41,682 nucleotides of DNA, from positions 14,422,609-14,464,290 of the forward strand of contig JAHRHZ010000085.1 in NCBI GenBank assembly GCA_024137785.1. The letters run 5' to 3'. The DNA comes from Ginglymostoma cirratum (taxonomy: Eukaryota). A program made the position numbers and the translations under genes. Shown here one piece after another: positions 22,090-34,066 of the stretch. The notes beneath the pieces are model-generated. The model did no database searches and was not told the DNA's origin. It saw only the letters and a list, made by a program, of their open reading frames with translations. Each line of letters opens with the position of its first letter. The stretch's first letter is position 1.

Positions 22090-22390
22090 TGAGGGTCTTT
22101 AATAAAGTGTCAGCCCATGTTGTTGGTGGTGGTGTATCAGTATGGATAGAGAATTGTTCAACTAATAGAAGACTGAGGATTGGGATAAAGGGGGCATATT
22201 CAGGATGGCAACCTGTAACTAATGGAGTGCCCCAGAGATGAGTGCTGGGCACAATTATTTACAATCTATACTAATGACTTGGTTGAGGAAAGTGAGTGCA
22301 CAATAGCCATGTTTGTAGATGACACAAAAATAAGTGAGAAGGCAAGTGGTGAGGATGACATAAAGATCCTGCAAAAGGACGTAGATAATA
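22090..22390 (+). mobile_element. CR1 RT fragment
   Basis: GVP...QLFTIYTNDL...FVDDTKI. Confidence 0.85.
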
Positions 22391-22765
22391 GGACGTACAA
22401 TGTTTTCTCACTTCTCTTATGACAAGGGCGATATTTAGGGGAATGCATTTGTAAGGATATTGTACATTGTGTCTTGCCATAATCCTGCAAACTCTGCTGT
22501 GTTTTCAGCTCAGAGAGACAAGCCATTAAAACCTAAGCAATAATCATAGGATGAGACACCTGACCTCACTATCCAGTGTAAAGTAGGCCGTAGGCGACAA
22601 CATTCCACAAGCTAGCTCAGTTAACTTCAACAAGCAAGTCAAAAGACATCAGCATTTTGACTCAAATGTTTGTTAATGCACTTGGTGTGATTACAAAGAA
22701 ATCACTCAATTCTAAATCACTTATGAGAAAAAGCACAAATCAAAATCCCAACACACTCAGGTTAC

Positions 22766-22915
22766 CTTTTTGTATGACTTTGCTTTGGGTTTCATTATCC
22801 TGTGGAGCTGCGCCTCATACGACTTGCATTCCTCCTGCGTCAACTGTGCAATTTTCCGCACTTCCTGCCAGGGCCACTCCTTTGCACACTTGGGGCAATT
22901 AAATGTGAAACCACC
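22766..22915 (-). pseudogene. RBR-like gene exon 3 (end of RING1 and linker)
   Basis: Acceptor ttgtcttgtAG and donor GTaacc; 150 bp, phase 0-0. Encodes GGFTFNCPKCAKEWPWQEVRKIAQLTQEECKSYEAQLHRIMKPKAKSYKK. Confidence 0.9.
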
Positions 22916-23544
22916 CTACAAGACAACCAATTGCTGTGATCAAACTGCTGCGCTCCATTATTCCCAGCTCAGAGTCCCTAAACGGTCAGAAAAGGACCAT
23001 AGAGTCTTGTGACAATCTGTGTGAGCATCACTTAGAAGGAGACACGAGTAAAAGTAGGATAATGTGCAGTCTTCAGGCAAATCAGAGTTCACCTTTGTAA
23101 AATAAATCCAGCTGCTAGAAATACATACATTTATGTGAGAAGAGGGAATGTGGAACTATATGGACTTTACCGTGTCAAAGGGAGACTTATCATACGATTT
23201 CTTGGGAAATGAAAAGTTTAAAGGTCAAAGAGAAGGTGGTTTACCCACTGTTTACAAAAGCCAACTGACTGTGGAAATTGTGTCCTGCAAAGCTTTTAAG
23301 AAGAGTTAAGAGATGAGATTTCTAGTTTCATTGTTAGGCAAACACATTTAGAAAAAGCAAATAAAAGCAATGTTTTGCCATTCCAAAACACAAATGTTCC
23401 GACCAAGAGTTAGAACTGAAACAATGATTGTGTTTCTCCCACAGATACTGGAATCTAATGGAGCCATTCATGTAATTTACATGTAAAATACACAGAAAGA
23501 TAAAATCGGGATGTGTAATTTAGTTGAGCAGTTCAGAATTCTTA

Positions 23545-23790
23545 CGTAAGACCGTAAGATACAGGAGCTAAATTAGGCCATTTGGCCTATCAAGTCTGCT
23601 CCACCATTCAACCACGACTGATATGTTTCTCACCCCATTCTCCCCATAACCTTTGACCCCCTTACTAATCAAGAACCTATCTATCTCTGTCTCAATTACA
23701 CACAATGACTTGGCCTCCACATCCTTCTGTGACAATGAGTTTCATAGTTTCACCACTCTCTGGCTGAAGAAGTTCCTCCTTGTCTCGGTT
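23545..23790 (-). mobile_element. CR1 3' end
   Basis: Antisense tail taagatacaggagc...aggccatttggcc...gaagaagttcctcct. Confidence 0.8.
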
Positions 23791-24039
23791 ATTAAACAAA
23801 GACAATCTCACACATAACATATTTCCCCTTACAGTCATTTTCTGTTTGTAAGAGTAATTTGGGATTGCTAACATTTAGTGGAACAGTTGGAGAAAAGTAT
23901 ATTTGAAAGAAGGATGTATTAACCTTCAGATAAACAGCTCCCTTCGGATAACTTTATTCCTGTAACTGGTGTATGTTTGCAGTAATGTAGCACTGATTGA
24001 AGCTGTCCTGTAGCTGACTAGGAACTCAACACCAGGTTA

Positions 24040-24824
24040 GGAACATAAGACCAGGAGTAGGCTATTCAACCCCTCTGCCATCATAGATCATGGCTAATTT
24101 GACACCATACTCCCATGCTATGCTCATATCCGTAGTTGAAATTAGTAAGTAGAAATCTATCAGATTTTGCTTTGAACATGCTTAATGACAGAGCCTCCAC
24201 AGTCCTCTGGGTTAGAGAATTCCAAAGACTCCCTCTGAGCGAAGAGGTTTCTCCTCATCTCACTCCTAAATGGTTTGCCTTTTATTTGAGTATTTATCCC
24301 CTGATTTGAGACCTCACAGCCAATAAAACATTCAGCCTGAATTTACTTTGTCTCTCCCTTTAAGAATTTCATAAGTTTCTAAGAGATCACTGTAGTGATT
24401 GTAACGAGGTCAGCCAGGTAGACCTCATAGAATATGAGTTCCCTGATTGGGGCTGTTAATCTGGTCTGATCAGGGAGTCCTGGCTGACAGATATAAACAA
24501 GAGTGTCAAATATTGTGCTCACTCTGAATGCTGGCACTGAGGGAGCTGGGTCAATGTCCAGGGCTCTCCACGTGTAAATAAAGGGTAACTTGGTGACAGA
24601 ATACTGGCCTCTGTGGAGTTATTTCAATCACCTCTCATTTTCTTAAATTTCAGAGAATATAGTGCCTGTCTCCTCATAGGACAGTCCCACAATCTCTGAA
24701 ATCAGTCTGATGAAACTTTGCTGCATGCACTGATCATCAAATTTATCTTTCCTTCAGCAAGGGGTCCAGAACTGCATACAATACTTCAGTTTCAGTATCA
24801 CCAGCGTTCTATACAATTGAAGCA
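24040..24824 (-). mobile_element. CR1 3' fragment interrupted by a solo LTR
   Basis: Antisense CR1 (gaacataagaccaggagtagg...ccagaactgcatacaatact). Confidence 0.8.
24391..24626 (+). mobile_element. Solo LTR, 236 bp
   Basis: TG...CA termini, 5-bp TSD atcac (24386-24390 and 24627-24631), internal TATA-like gatataaa and AATAAA. Confidence 0.88.
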
Positions 24825-25873
24825 ACGACAAAAGTGGATATCTCCTTAGCCCTTGACGTTAATGTCATTTGCCAGTACTCCTTCAATAGACCAATATTGG
24901 AAAAGAATGAGGCTCTGCCAATCCTGTTGATACCAACTGTGGAATTGGGCACCACTCTGTTTTTGTGACTGCATGTACCTTGCTGTTTTCCATACAGAAT
25001 TTAGTTGATCCATCTGGTTTGGGAACCAATACTACTGGTGGACTCTACTTACTTTGACTGGGCTAAATCACATGATTTTCCAAAATGTATTGAATCTCTT
25101 TTCCAGCTGGGCTTGTTTTCCTGGACTCAGCTGATGCTGTTTTAACGGTCCTAACTGTCCTACATCTGCATCATGTCTAAATAACATATTACATCCTGGT
25201 GTCCTGAGTAGTCTCACTAGAACATCTCACTGCCCCTCCTTTAAATATGAGAACATAGCGTCTTAATCTCTCAGTATTTCTGTGGTAGCTGATTGAATCA
25301 TTGGAAGTTTGTTTTGAAAACTGTCTGAAGCTCACCTTACTCTTACTGTCTATCATCCTTTACTATGTGTGGCTCCCATAGTCCTCTTTATCTTCATCCC
25401 GAGATTGCACCTCTTCAATATGTTTATTTGCAGACCTCATTCTTCTGGCTATTATCAGGAGGATCTATCAGGTTAGTCACTGTACTAAACATCCTAACCA
25501 CCTTGAATGGACCAATGAATTTCACTTTCAGAGGTTCACCTTGCAACGACAGCAATGGCAATGCTTCATTTTTCACTTAAAATGATCTAGTTAAATGACG
25601 TTTTCTACTCACTTTTTCATTTTTGCTCATGATACTTTTACATGCTTTTGAGTGACCCTAGATAATCTTGTGAGACTTTCTAGAACATTTGACATTGAGG
25701 ATATGTTTGTCTGTTTCAGAACTTCTCTCTAATCAAATGTAATTGTCCTCTAAACTCACAGCCAAAAATCAGTTCAAATGGACTAAATCAGTAACTTGCT
25801 TTGGGGAATCCCTGGTAGAAAATAGTATAAAAATATCTAATCCTTTGTCTCAATCCTGTAAGTATTCATAGCA

Positions 25874-26003
25874 GAGATAATAGGAACTGCAGATGCTGGA
25901 GAATCTGAGATAACATGTGTAGAGCTGGATGAACACAGCAGGCCAAGCAGCATCAGAGGAGCAGGAAGGCTGATGTTTCGGGCCTAGACCCTTCTTCAGA
26001 AAA
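25874..26003 (-). mobile_element. Penelope-derived short element with hammerhead core, inserted in the Gypsy integrase
   Basis: Minus strand 26002-25969 reads CUGAAGA-A-GGGUC-UA-GGCCC-GAAA-CAUC. Confidence 0.8.
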
Positions 26004-28581
26004 AGATTCTGATCAGATAATACCTCAATAGGTCATCAACACTGAATTAAAACCTGAATTAACCGTTCCACTACTGCCTCAGCTATAATGGTCCTCAGAG
26101 GGATAGCTCTGGAAACGAAATTTTCATATCCATATGTCTAAGGATATACAGATGTCCTGTTTTCACTTTTGGAAGCAGTTCTTCATAAACTACTAATATC
26201 CAACTAAATGGTTCTTCAAAACTAGCATGGGTTTTCCTAACAAATGACATGTATAACATGTTCTACAGAACTACACTATGTCTTTATGAAGTCTTGCCCA
26301 TGTATTACTACATGCCCTGCCATAGGAACTTCACATGCTATCTGGGTTGGTGTCACTGTTTGATGGACAATTATCCGCTCTTCATCTCTAGCTCAGTGAG
26401 AATGTCTCCACTTCTTCAGCAGAACTCTGCTTTAAATCCAATAACACCCTGGAATTTCTTTAGGTTCAGAATCAGTGTGAGCTGTCTTTGATAACTTACT
26501 TAACTCTGAATCTGCTTCTTGAGTCCCAACTCATGAAGACATGCCAAATACCTCTTCTGGATTGTCTTCATTCGTAAATACAACTTTGTTTACAGCTAAC
26601 ATCTCCTTGCTGTATTACTGTGATTTCTGGTGATGGACTTTGTTTAGCCATTGGTATGATCACTACACATAATGGAAAAACATCTGGAACCTGTTTTTTC
26701 AACTTTCCATCTCTTTAGCCTCAAAGAAACTTTCCCTGATTATCAGTAAAGGTATAACTTTCAATCCTGCTAAACCATTCTCCAGAAGTAAATCAATTCC
26801 ATCTACAGGTAATTTCTTAATTACCTTTAATCCAGACAACATGTCACACTCCAATGGAATGAGACATAATGGCCACCTATTTCATTTACTAACACTTTGG
26901 CTTTCATTAATTTCACTGGAGGGAAAGTTAATCCAATAAAAGAGCTTGAATAGCTCCTGTATTCCTTGCCATAGCTATGGGCTTTGCTGCCTCATTTGAA
27001 GAAAAGGAGGTTTTATTCCCTTTAGACAAAACTCCTTTATACCTCTCATTTACCCTATGTACCACTTCATTCACAGCAGTGTTTACTTACCATCTCTTAC
27101 TTGAAGTCACAGCTACAATTTGATCTGTAGCATTTACTTTTGAGTTCCCTTTTTGGACTCATTCTATATGCTCCAATAAGTCCCATCGTTTTCCCTCGCA
27201 ACTTCCAGCATTCTGAAGGAATGTGTCGCACCTTGTTACAATGGGAAAACTTCAGCCTGCGATTTTCACTTCTCCCTCAATATTTTCCTTTCTGATCTGA
27301 GGAGATTCTGGTGCATAGCTGACTATCCATTTCTTACCCCGACTCGTTGCTTTTCTTTCACCTTGCCACTCTCTATCCATTTTGAATTTATGAGAGTGGC
27401 GGAAGAAAGATTTAGTTTTGTTGGCCAGCTCGTAATTGTCAGCCATTATTGCTGCCTGTCTAGCAGTTGCAATCCTTTAGTCCTCAACATTGTTACAGAT
27501 AGTAGAGAATGTTTATACTCTACCAAGAGAATAATCTCCCTAAGAACTATAAACATGATTTCATCTCCTAATGATCTTATACACCTGTCAAAATTCCTTT
27601 GCTAGGTTCATTGTAGTTTTGCCCCCACTGTTTTCTTAGATTTTGAAGCCTTAGCCTATCTAGCTCAGGCACTAATTAATTTCTACATAACTAATAGCTT
27701 TGCTTTACAACAATCCTATATGCATGACATCCTCTGATATGAAGCATCCATTTCTTGTGCTTTACCTGTGAGCATACCCTGCAAGGGCATTGTCCAGGTG
27801 CCCTTTGGATAATTCATTTGTCTCACTATTTTCTCAAAGGATATAACGAATCCCTCAATATCATTTCCCTCAATTGGCAGGGCCTACAAAACAAAATCAT
27901 TTCTTTACTGGACTTTCAATTATGACTTGGATTCTCCTCATCAGACCCTGCATCAGCACCTGAGGTGTCCTTTTTTACGCACATCATTCTGAGCTGATAT
28001 TCATTCTCTCTGTCTTTCTCTCTATTTCTTGTCATCCATTTCTTTCCCTTCGCAATTCTAACATTTAACATTACCACTGCCTCCCCAGTGTAAATTACAC
28101 ATAAGGGGAGATGGGTGTTAGATGTCTAGTTTTCTCATTTTCATTTCCTTGTATTTTTCTTCCTTTTGGAATTCTGTCTCCAGCTTTTTTTATTTCAAGT
28201 TGCTTCAATTTCTCCTCATGCTCAAGTGCTTCAACCATAACTGGATATCACCCGGTTGCAGCGTTTCGCTGTCTAGAGTATGAGGTCTCTCTTGTATTTC
28301 TGGTTGCCCCAAATGCCTTGCTACTACTTCAGTTATGTCCACTCTCTTAGCTTTAGCAGACAAAGCTACCCCCAACTTACATGCCATTTCAAATAATCTG
28401 GTTTTCGTCACTTCACTTAACAGTGCCGAGGACAACTCTGCCAACATGGCCATTTCCAGTTCCATTTCTTAATTGGAGTACAGAACACGATGTTTTCTTT
28501 ATTGTTATCATTTACTAATGCCACACCTCAATCTTTGAGGTCTCTTTCTCAATGTAAGACAGCCATGAGTCCCTCATCTCC

Positions 28582-29228
28582 TGTTATGCTGCACTTGGGA
28601 ATGTACACTGACTCTGAGCCCCACTACTCCCGGGTCACCATAAAAGACAATGATCTAATCAAAGCACATAAAGCCTCCAGTTTACCTTGCTGTTGGAGTC
28701 AAGTGAACAGAAAGCACTGATCAAGTTCCTGTACTTAATAAAGACAACTATTTATTACAAGTAAGTACATTCTAATCACAATTAAACATCATGAATTATC
28801 ACAATATGGCTCTTATTGTTAAAATTTTAAGCTCATTTTAAAACTCCCCACACACATACAGACAGACATAGACAAACAATAAAGGCATTGAGTTTATGGA
28901 TAGATGGAAAAACAGGAAACAGTTCGATAGCACCAGACTAGTGGTTCGCTGAGATAATCGGTCTGGTTTATCAGGAGTTTCTGTTCCTCAAACTCCTTTT
29001 ACCAGGTTTTTTTTTCATTTCTTCATAGGAAGTCCAGAGCAACTGGTACACTGACTGTAAAGTCTCTTGTTCCCTATCAGTGGTCCTCCTCATGTTGCTG
29101 GCTATTTTCCCCATTTGTGAATGAGAAAACATAATATATGACGCAATACTTGGCTCCTTCACCCTCTAAAAACCTCTAATCTCTTCTATACTTTGATAAA
29201 TTACTCCAGGGCCATAATGTGACTTACA
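28582..29228 (-). repeat. Probable 5' LTR of the Gypsy element
   Basis: Minus strand begins TGTAAG and ends ATAACA, followed by a degenerate PBS-like gatgagggactcat; AATAAA on the minus strand at 28751-28756. Confidence 0.6.
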
Positions 29229-29361
29229 TGGATGCAGAAGCTGGTATAATGGTTAAATTTAATTCTTTTTACTTTTATCATCCACTCCCTCCATAATAAG
29301 AGACCAACCTTGGAAGCTGCAAATGCATATATCCAGCACTGGAGAATAATTGTGAACTCAC

Positions 29362-29440
29362 CTCATCTAGAAGTGCCTTACACGCCATTCCTTCAGACCA
29401 CAGGACTTTACCACATGGCCACAGGATGTTACATGATCTC
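29362..29440 (-). pseudogene. RBR-like gene exon 2 (SCGH..WC RING1 half), 2-bp insertion at 29383-29384
   Basis: Acceptor gttgtcttttgtAG and donor GTgagt; reads GDHVTSCGHVVKSCGLKEW[cg]CKALLDE. The uncorrected frame hits TAG at 29367-29369. Confidence 0.82.
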
Positions 29441-29694
29441 CTACAAAAGACAACAGGCGGAGGTTGAATTTGCAATTAATTCAAGCATCCAGATTTGTGG
29501 GGCTGAAGGATTATGTCTATGCTGGAAAAGCTTTGTCATTTCCATTGCAAATTCAGAAACGCAATGTGAATTGTCTGGACTGACTTCTGACTCCATATGG
29601 GAGGGCCACTGCAAACAGGAGGAAGCAGATAAAACGTGCAAATTTGAGAAAATGTAAGTGGCTGCACAATGGCAGGAAGAACCTAACACTGAAG

Positions 29695-30066
29695 TATTTT
29701 TTTTTCCTTATTCCTGTGTGGGATGTGGGTGTAACTGGCAAGATGGCATGAGTTGCTCATCCCACCATGCCCCTTAAACAGAGTGGCTTCCTCGGCCGTT
29801 TCAGAGGGCAGTTAAGAGTCAAACACATTGATGTGCATCTGGACTCACATGGAAACTAGACCAAGTAAGGGCGGCAGATTTCTTTCCCTCAAAGGATATT
29901 AATGAACTAGCTAAGTTTTTGCAACTGTTGTTTTGCTGTGGTCATTCGTTCAGCTTCCAATTCAGATTTTATTAAATTCAAATTTCACCATCTGCTTCAG
30001 TGGGATGTAAAATTAGGTTTGTGGATTTCTAATCCAGTGATATTACCACTATCCCACTGCCTCTCC
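29695..30066 (-). mobile_element. Older Deu-type SINE copy
   Basis: agagggcagttaagagtcaaacacattg...ccagtgatattaccactat. Confidence 0.75.
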
Positions 30067-30324
30067 AGTTTAAACGTTTACACACAAGAGGAAGTGAGTG
30101 GTAGAGGTACAGAAAGGATGGATTACATACGGCAATTAATGAGCTTGAAAGAAACACAGCTATCTAAGTGACTTAATGCTCATGGCATGCCCTACCAACA
30201 CAAAGTAGAAAGCGGTAAAGCCAGATAAATTGCTAAGCCTTGTAGAAATCTACTAAAAACCAAGCCAAAATGTTTTGATGACACTGTACAGTTCTAGTTG
30301 TCAGGACCTGAGAGATATTCAAGA

Positions 30325-31095
30325 GGTTGAGAGGTGACCTTATAGAAGTTTATAAAATTATGAGGGGTATGGATAAGGTGAATGGCAGATGTCTTTTCTC
30401 TAGGGCGGGTGACCTCAAGACAACTGGGCATATTTTTAAAGTGAGAGGAGAAAGATATAAAAAAGACATGAAGGGCAATTGTTTGTTTATACAGAGAGTG
30501 GCTTGTGTGTGTGGAATGAACTTCTGGAGGAAGTGGTAGATGCGGGTAATTGCGAGTTGCAATGTTTAAAAGACATTTGGATAACTACATGAATAAGGAA
30601 TGTTTGGAAGGATACAGGCCAAGTTTTCTTTTTCTTTATTCATTCATGGGACGAGGGTGCCGTTGGCTAGGCGAACATTTATTGCCCATCCTTAACTGCC
30701 CAGAGGGCAGTTGCGAGTCAACCACAGTGCTGTGGGTCTGGAGTCACATGTAGGCCAGGCCAGATAAGGATGGCAGTTTCCTTCCCTAAAGGACATTCGT
30801 GAACGATTTGGGTTTTTCCAATAATCGACGATGGATTCACAGTCATCATTATACTCTTAATTCCAGATATTTATTGAATTCAAATTCCACCATCTGCCAT
30901 GGTGGGATTCAAACCCAGGTGCCCAGAAAATTATCTTGGTCTCTGGATTAACAATCCAGTGATAATACCACCAGGCCATCGCCTCCCCCAGTGCCGGCAG
31001 GTGGTACTAGTTTAGATTGGGATTATGCTCAGCATGGACTCATTGGACCGAAGGGTCTATTTCCATGCTGTATGACTCTATGAATATGACTCTAT
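30325..31095 (+). mobile_element. CR1 3' end with nested Deu-type SINE (about 30625-30990, minus strand)
   Basis: LRGDLIEVYKIMRGMDKV...; the CR1 tail resumes after the SINE (ggaccgaagggtctatttccatgctgtatgactctatga). Confidence 0.88.
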
Positions 31096-31559
31096 CGCTG
31101 GATCCAGGACAGGTAATTAGCAATGAGGCTGGCCCCTACTGCCAGGGGTCAAAGGATGAGAAGAGCCTGTAGAATTGTGGTATGTTCAGTTCCTGAGGGG
31201 AAGTCTGGGAGATGATCTTGCAGTAGCAGATAAAATGTTTAACAAAATTAAAATGATAAATTTTGAATGCCATTTTCAAATAAATTGAGGGCAGAATGAA
31301 GTCAAGAAATTTAAGTGAGTAAATTTGGAGTGGATCAGAAAGCTTTTTGCACAAAAGAGTGACCACTGCTGGGAAAGGATTGCCAGAGGGAGCAGTGGCA
31401 GCAAAAACCCTGAAACACATTTGAGGAGAAACTGAATGCTGGAATTTAGAGAATTTGGGATCTTTCTAGAAGATATTATAGGGCTGGCAGAGCTGCCCCC
31501 AGTGTTGTCAAATATTTGCCTAATACCACCCCACTTAAAGCAACTGAGGTTTTCTGTAT

Positions 31560-32130
31560 AGATGTGAGATAAATGTGAAGTGTTGCATTTTGGTAAAGTA
31601 AACCAGGGCAGGACTTATCCAGTTAATGGTTGGGCTCTGGGGTGTGTTTCTGAACAAAGAGATCTTGGGGTGCAAGTGCATATTTCCTCACAGGTAGACA
31701 AGGTGGTGAAGAAGGCATTCGGAACACTTAACCTTCATTGGTCAATGAGTACATGACTTGGGATGTCATTTTGAGGCTGTACAGGATACTGGTGAGGCCA
31801 CTTTTAGATTATTGCTTTCAATTTTGGTCTCCCTGCTATACAAAAGGTGTTGTTAAACATAAAATATATCAGAAAAGATTTACAAGGATGTTCATGGGAC
31901 TGGAGGGTTTGGGTTATATGAAGAAGCCGAACAGATTGGGGCATTTTTTTTCCCTGGAGCATCAAAGACTGAGGGGTGACCTTACAGAGGTTTATATAAT
32001 CATGAGGGGCATGGATAGGGTGAATAGCCAAGGTCTTTTTCCCAGGGTAGGGGAGTCCAAAACTAGACGGCATAGGAAGTTTAGGACATCTGGTCGACAT
32101 AGTTGAGTTGGACCGAAGGGTCTGTTTCTA
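31560..32130 (+). mobile_element. CR1 ORF2 3' fragment
   Basis: LRLYRILVRPLLDYCFQFWSP...QRLRGDLTEVYIIMRGMDRV. Confidence 0.9.
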
Positions 32131-32614
32131 TTATTCCATATAGATATGGAGACAGACACAGAGTGGAGGGAGGATGTTGAAGCTGCTCCTGAAGTTGATA
32201 CATTTACTCATAGAGATTCTACTGTATAATTTCAGTGCTAAAAGTCATTCCACCAGAATAATATAATCAGAGCTTTGTATCTCTACAATAAATAAAGTAG
32301 ATCAATCTGATTAGACACTTTGTGACTTACAGATTGCACATCATGGTCTGGAATACATCACCAAATTAGTGCGCTCTGCTCTCAGTACAAACTCCACAAC
32401 ATATCATATTGCCAAGCAAAAAACCTACTTAAATATTTCCAAAAAATATATGATGGACCAGGCTGGAAGTTAAAACTGAGTCACATCTATTTTGGGAAAG
32501 CATATTATAAAGTAAATATTATCAGTACTGATCAGTCAGGGTTGGAATTCAACCAGGCAGGTTCAGTTGAGGGATTCAAGCAGGCGTTATATAGTTATTT
32601 CAGGAGAAATTAAC

Positions 32615-33050
32615 TCAGAAATCACACCACACTAGGTAATAGTTGAACATGTTTATTTGAAATCTCAAGCTTTCAGAGCACTGTTCCTTCATCATTTGAC
32701 AAAATAGCTGTGCTCCGAAAGCTTGTGATTTCAAATAAACCTGTTGGGCTACAGTTAACACAGTGTGGAGTCGGAGGAACACAGCAGGCCAGGTAGCATC
32801 AGAAGATCAGGGAAGCTGACCTTTCAGGTCGGAACTTTTCTTCAGAAATCTTCAGAGAAGGCTCCCAACCTGAAACATCAGCTTTCCTGCTCCTCTCATG
32901 CTGCCTGGCCTGCTGTGTTCCTCCAGCTCCACACTGTGTTATCTCTGACTCCAGCATCGGCAGTTCTTACTATCTCTGTTGGACTATAATCTGGTGTCAT
33001 GTGACTTTTGATTTTGTCTACCACAGTCCAACACCGGGCACCTCCACATC
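32615..33050. mobile_element. Fold-back Penelope-type element with a second fold-back element nested at about 32753-32976
   Basis: Outer arms aaatcacacc...gtttatttgaaatctcaagctttc / gctccgaaagcttgtgatttcaaataaacctgttgg...cacctccacatca. The inner element is flanked by ctgttgg(g/a)cta. Confidence 0.75.
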
Positions 33051-33584
33051 AATAGAAATAATGCTTAGGGTTGGTGCAGATATGATGGGCTGAATGGTCC
33101 TCTTTGGCATGATAATAATCATGTGATTCAGTGAATTGAACCAGTATAGGTTTATCTTAATATTGTACTTTTCCAAAGGAATATTTTAAACTCCCAATCC
33201 TACAAGTTTAATATATAAATCTGGTTGACCATCATTTGACCAAAAGAGCTGGCTGAAAATCACCTCAACTGGCTATTTCATTGGACTGCCTTTTTTACAA
33301 TTTATTTTACCCTCCCCTCTCTCTCTCTGTCACCTCTCAGTCTCAACATTGAATGCGGCACAGCTTCTGGGCAATGCAAGCCCAGTCAATATCATCTGGA
33401 CCTGGAACTGAGCAAAACTGGGCTTATGTCCTTCCCTGCCACGTGGCAGAGAGTGTTAGTGACTTTACTAAGCTGTATCAGGAAGGCAAACATTTATTAC
33501 AGTAAAGACATTGTAATAAATTATCAATGTAAACAAATACCTCTCATAATGTACAGACACAGCCTTTGGTTGAAAATGAGTCAC

Positions 33585-33770
33585 ATAAAACACCAAAGAA
33601 CTGTGGATGCTGGAAATCAGAAACAAAATCAGAAATTGCTGAGAAAACTGTAGAGAGGAAGCACAGTTAACGTTTTGAAAGGTTAAACACATTTTGAAAT
33701 GTTAATTCTGCTTCCTTTCTATAGGTGTTGCCAGGACTGCTGAGCTTTTCCCAGAAATTTCTGTTTTTGT
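33585..33770. mobile_element. Older fold-back Penelope-derived element
   Basis: aaagaactgtggatgctggaaatcag...ttgctgagaaaact / ctgctgagcttttcccag...ctgtttttgtt. Confidence 0.65.
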
Positions 33771-33919
33771 TACAGATTTACCATTCTATTTTTGCCCTGT
33801 CTTGTCAGAGACAAGTCTACAGAGTATTTTACACCGTACAGGTTACCAACAGGCACAGAAAACATGCACAAGTTTACAGTTAGGAATTCTGTTCTAAACC
33901 TCAGCAGAGTGTTTTTTAC

Positions 33920-33992
33920 CTGTTTCCAAACTTGCCACTGTGACAAATAGAAATCTTCTATCGGTCGCTTCATAAACAATGATTTCCATCAT
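33920..33992 (-). pseudogene. RBR-like gene first coding exon
   Basis: ATGATGG start (strong Kozak context at the second ATG); MMEIIVYEATDRRFLFVTVASLET-G; phase 1 donor GTaaaa; possible acceptor at 34002-34003. YEATDRRFLFV...ETGD parallels the recalled family N-terminus YDPxDTTLKFV...ITGD. Confidence 0.68.
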
Positions 33993-34066
33993 CTCATATT
34001 GCTGCAGAATGTATGAATCTGAGCATTTGCTCAGTCATCACTGCTTTAATTTCCCGTAGCTCATCT

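Larger units (their letters stand above)
24825..29228 (-). mobile_element. Decayed Gypsy LTR retrotransposon of the Gmr1 type (gag-PR-IN-RT order), 3'-truncated
   Basis: gag N-terminus 28205-28465; SFEKIVRQMNYP...LTGKAQE at about 27750-27860; Zn knuckle HCNKVRHIPSECW at about 27200-27250; PR-like NTGAIQ at about 26950; IN-like FEEPFS..LV..LLPK..TGH.YIL at about 26140-26220. RT motifs PVVLVPKPDGSTKFC and LKEYWQM..T.RAKEISTFV (24825-25060) lie downstream of IN. Confidence 0.82.
17352..33992 (-). pseudogene. Small RBR (RING-IBR-Rcat)-like E3 ubiquitin ligase gene, 4 coding exons, disrupted by two frameshifts
   Basis: Exons 33992-33920, 29440-29362, 22915-22766 and 17787-17352 all have canonical AG/GT and compatible phases once the indels are corrected. 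Joined protein: MMEIIVYEATDRRFLFVTVASLETGDHVTSCGHVVKSCGLKEW/CKALLDEGGFTFNCPKCAKEWPWQEVRKIAQLT...CPNC...C.QCLPC...FCWECLREWK...CPKVRACPKC...GCPDVLCPNCHHQFCYRCL. This matches the recalled fish family of short ARIH/RNF144-like proteins. Confidence 0.8.

Noticed and set aside
30130-30195. Minus-strand GHAMSIKSLR resembling a second RING1 exon
   Set aside because: Lacks the Cys before GH, has an immediate stop, and the similarity is within chance.
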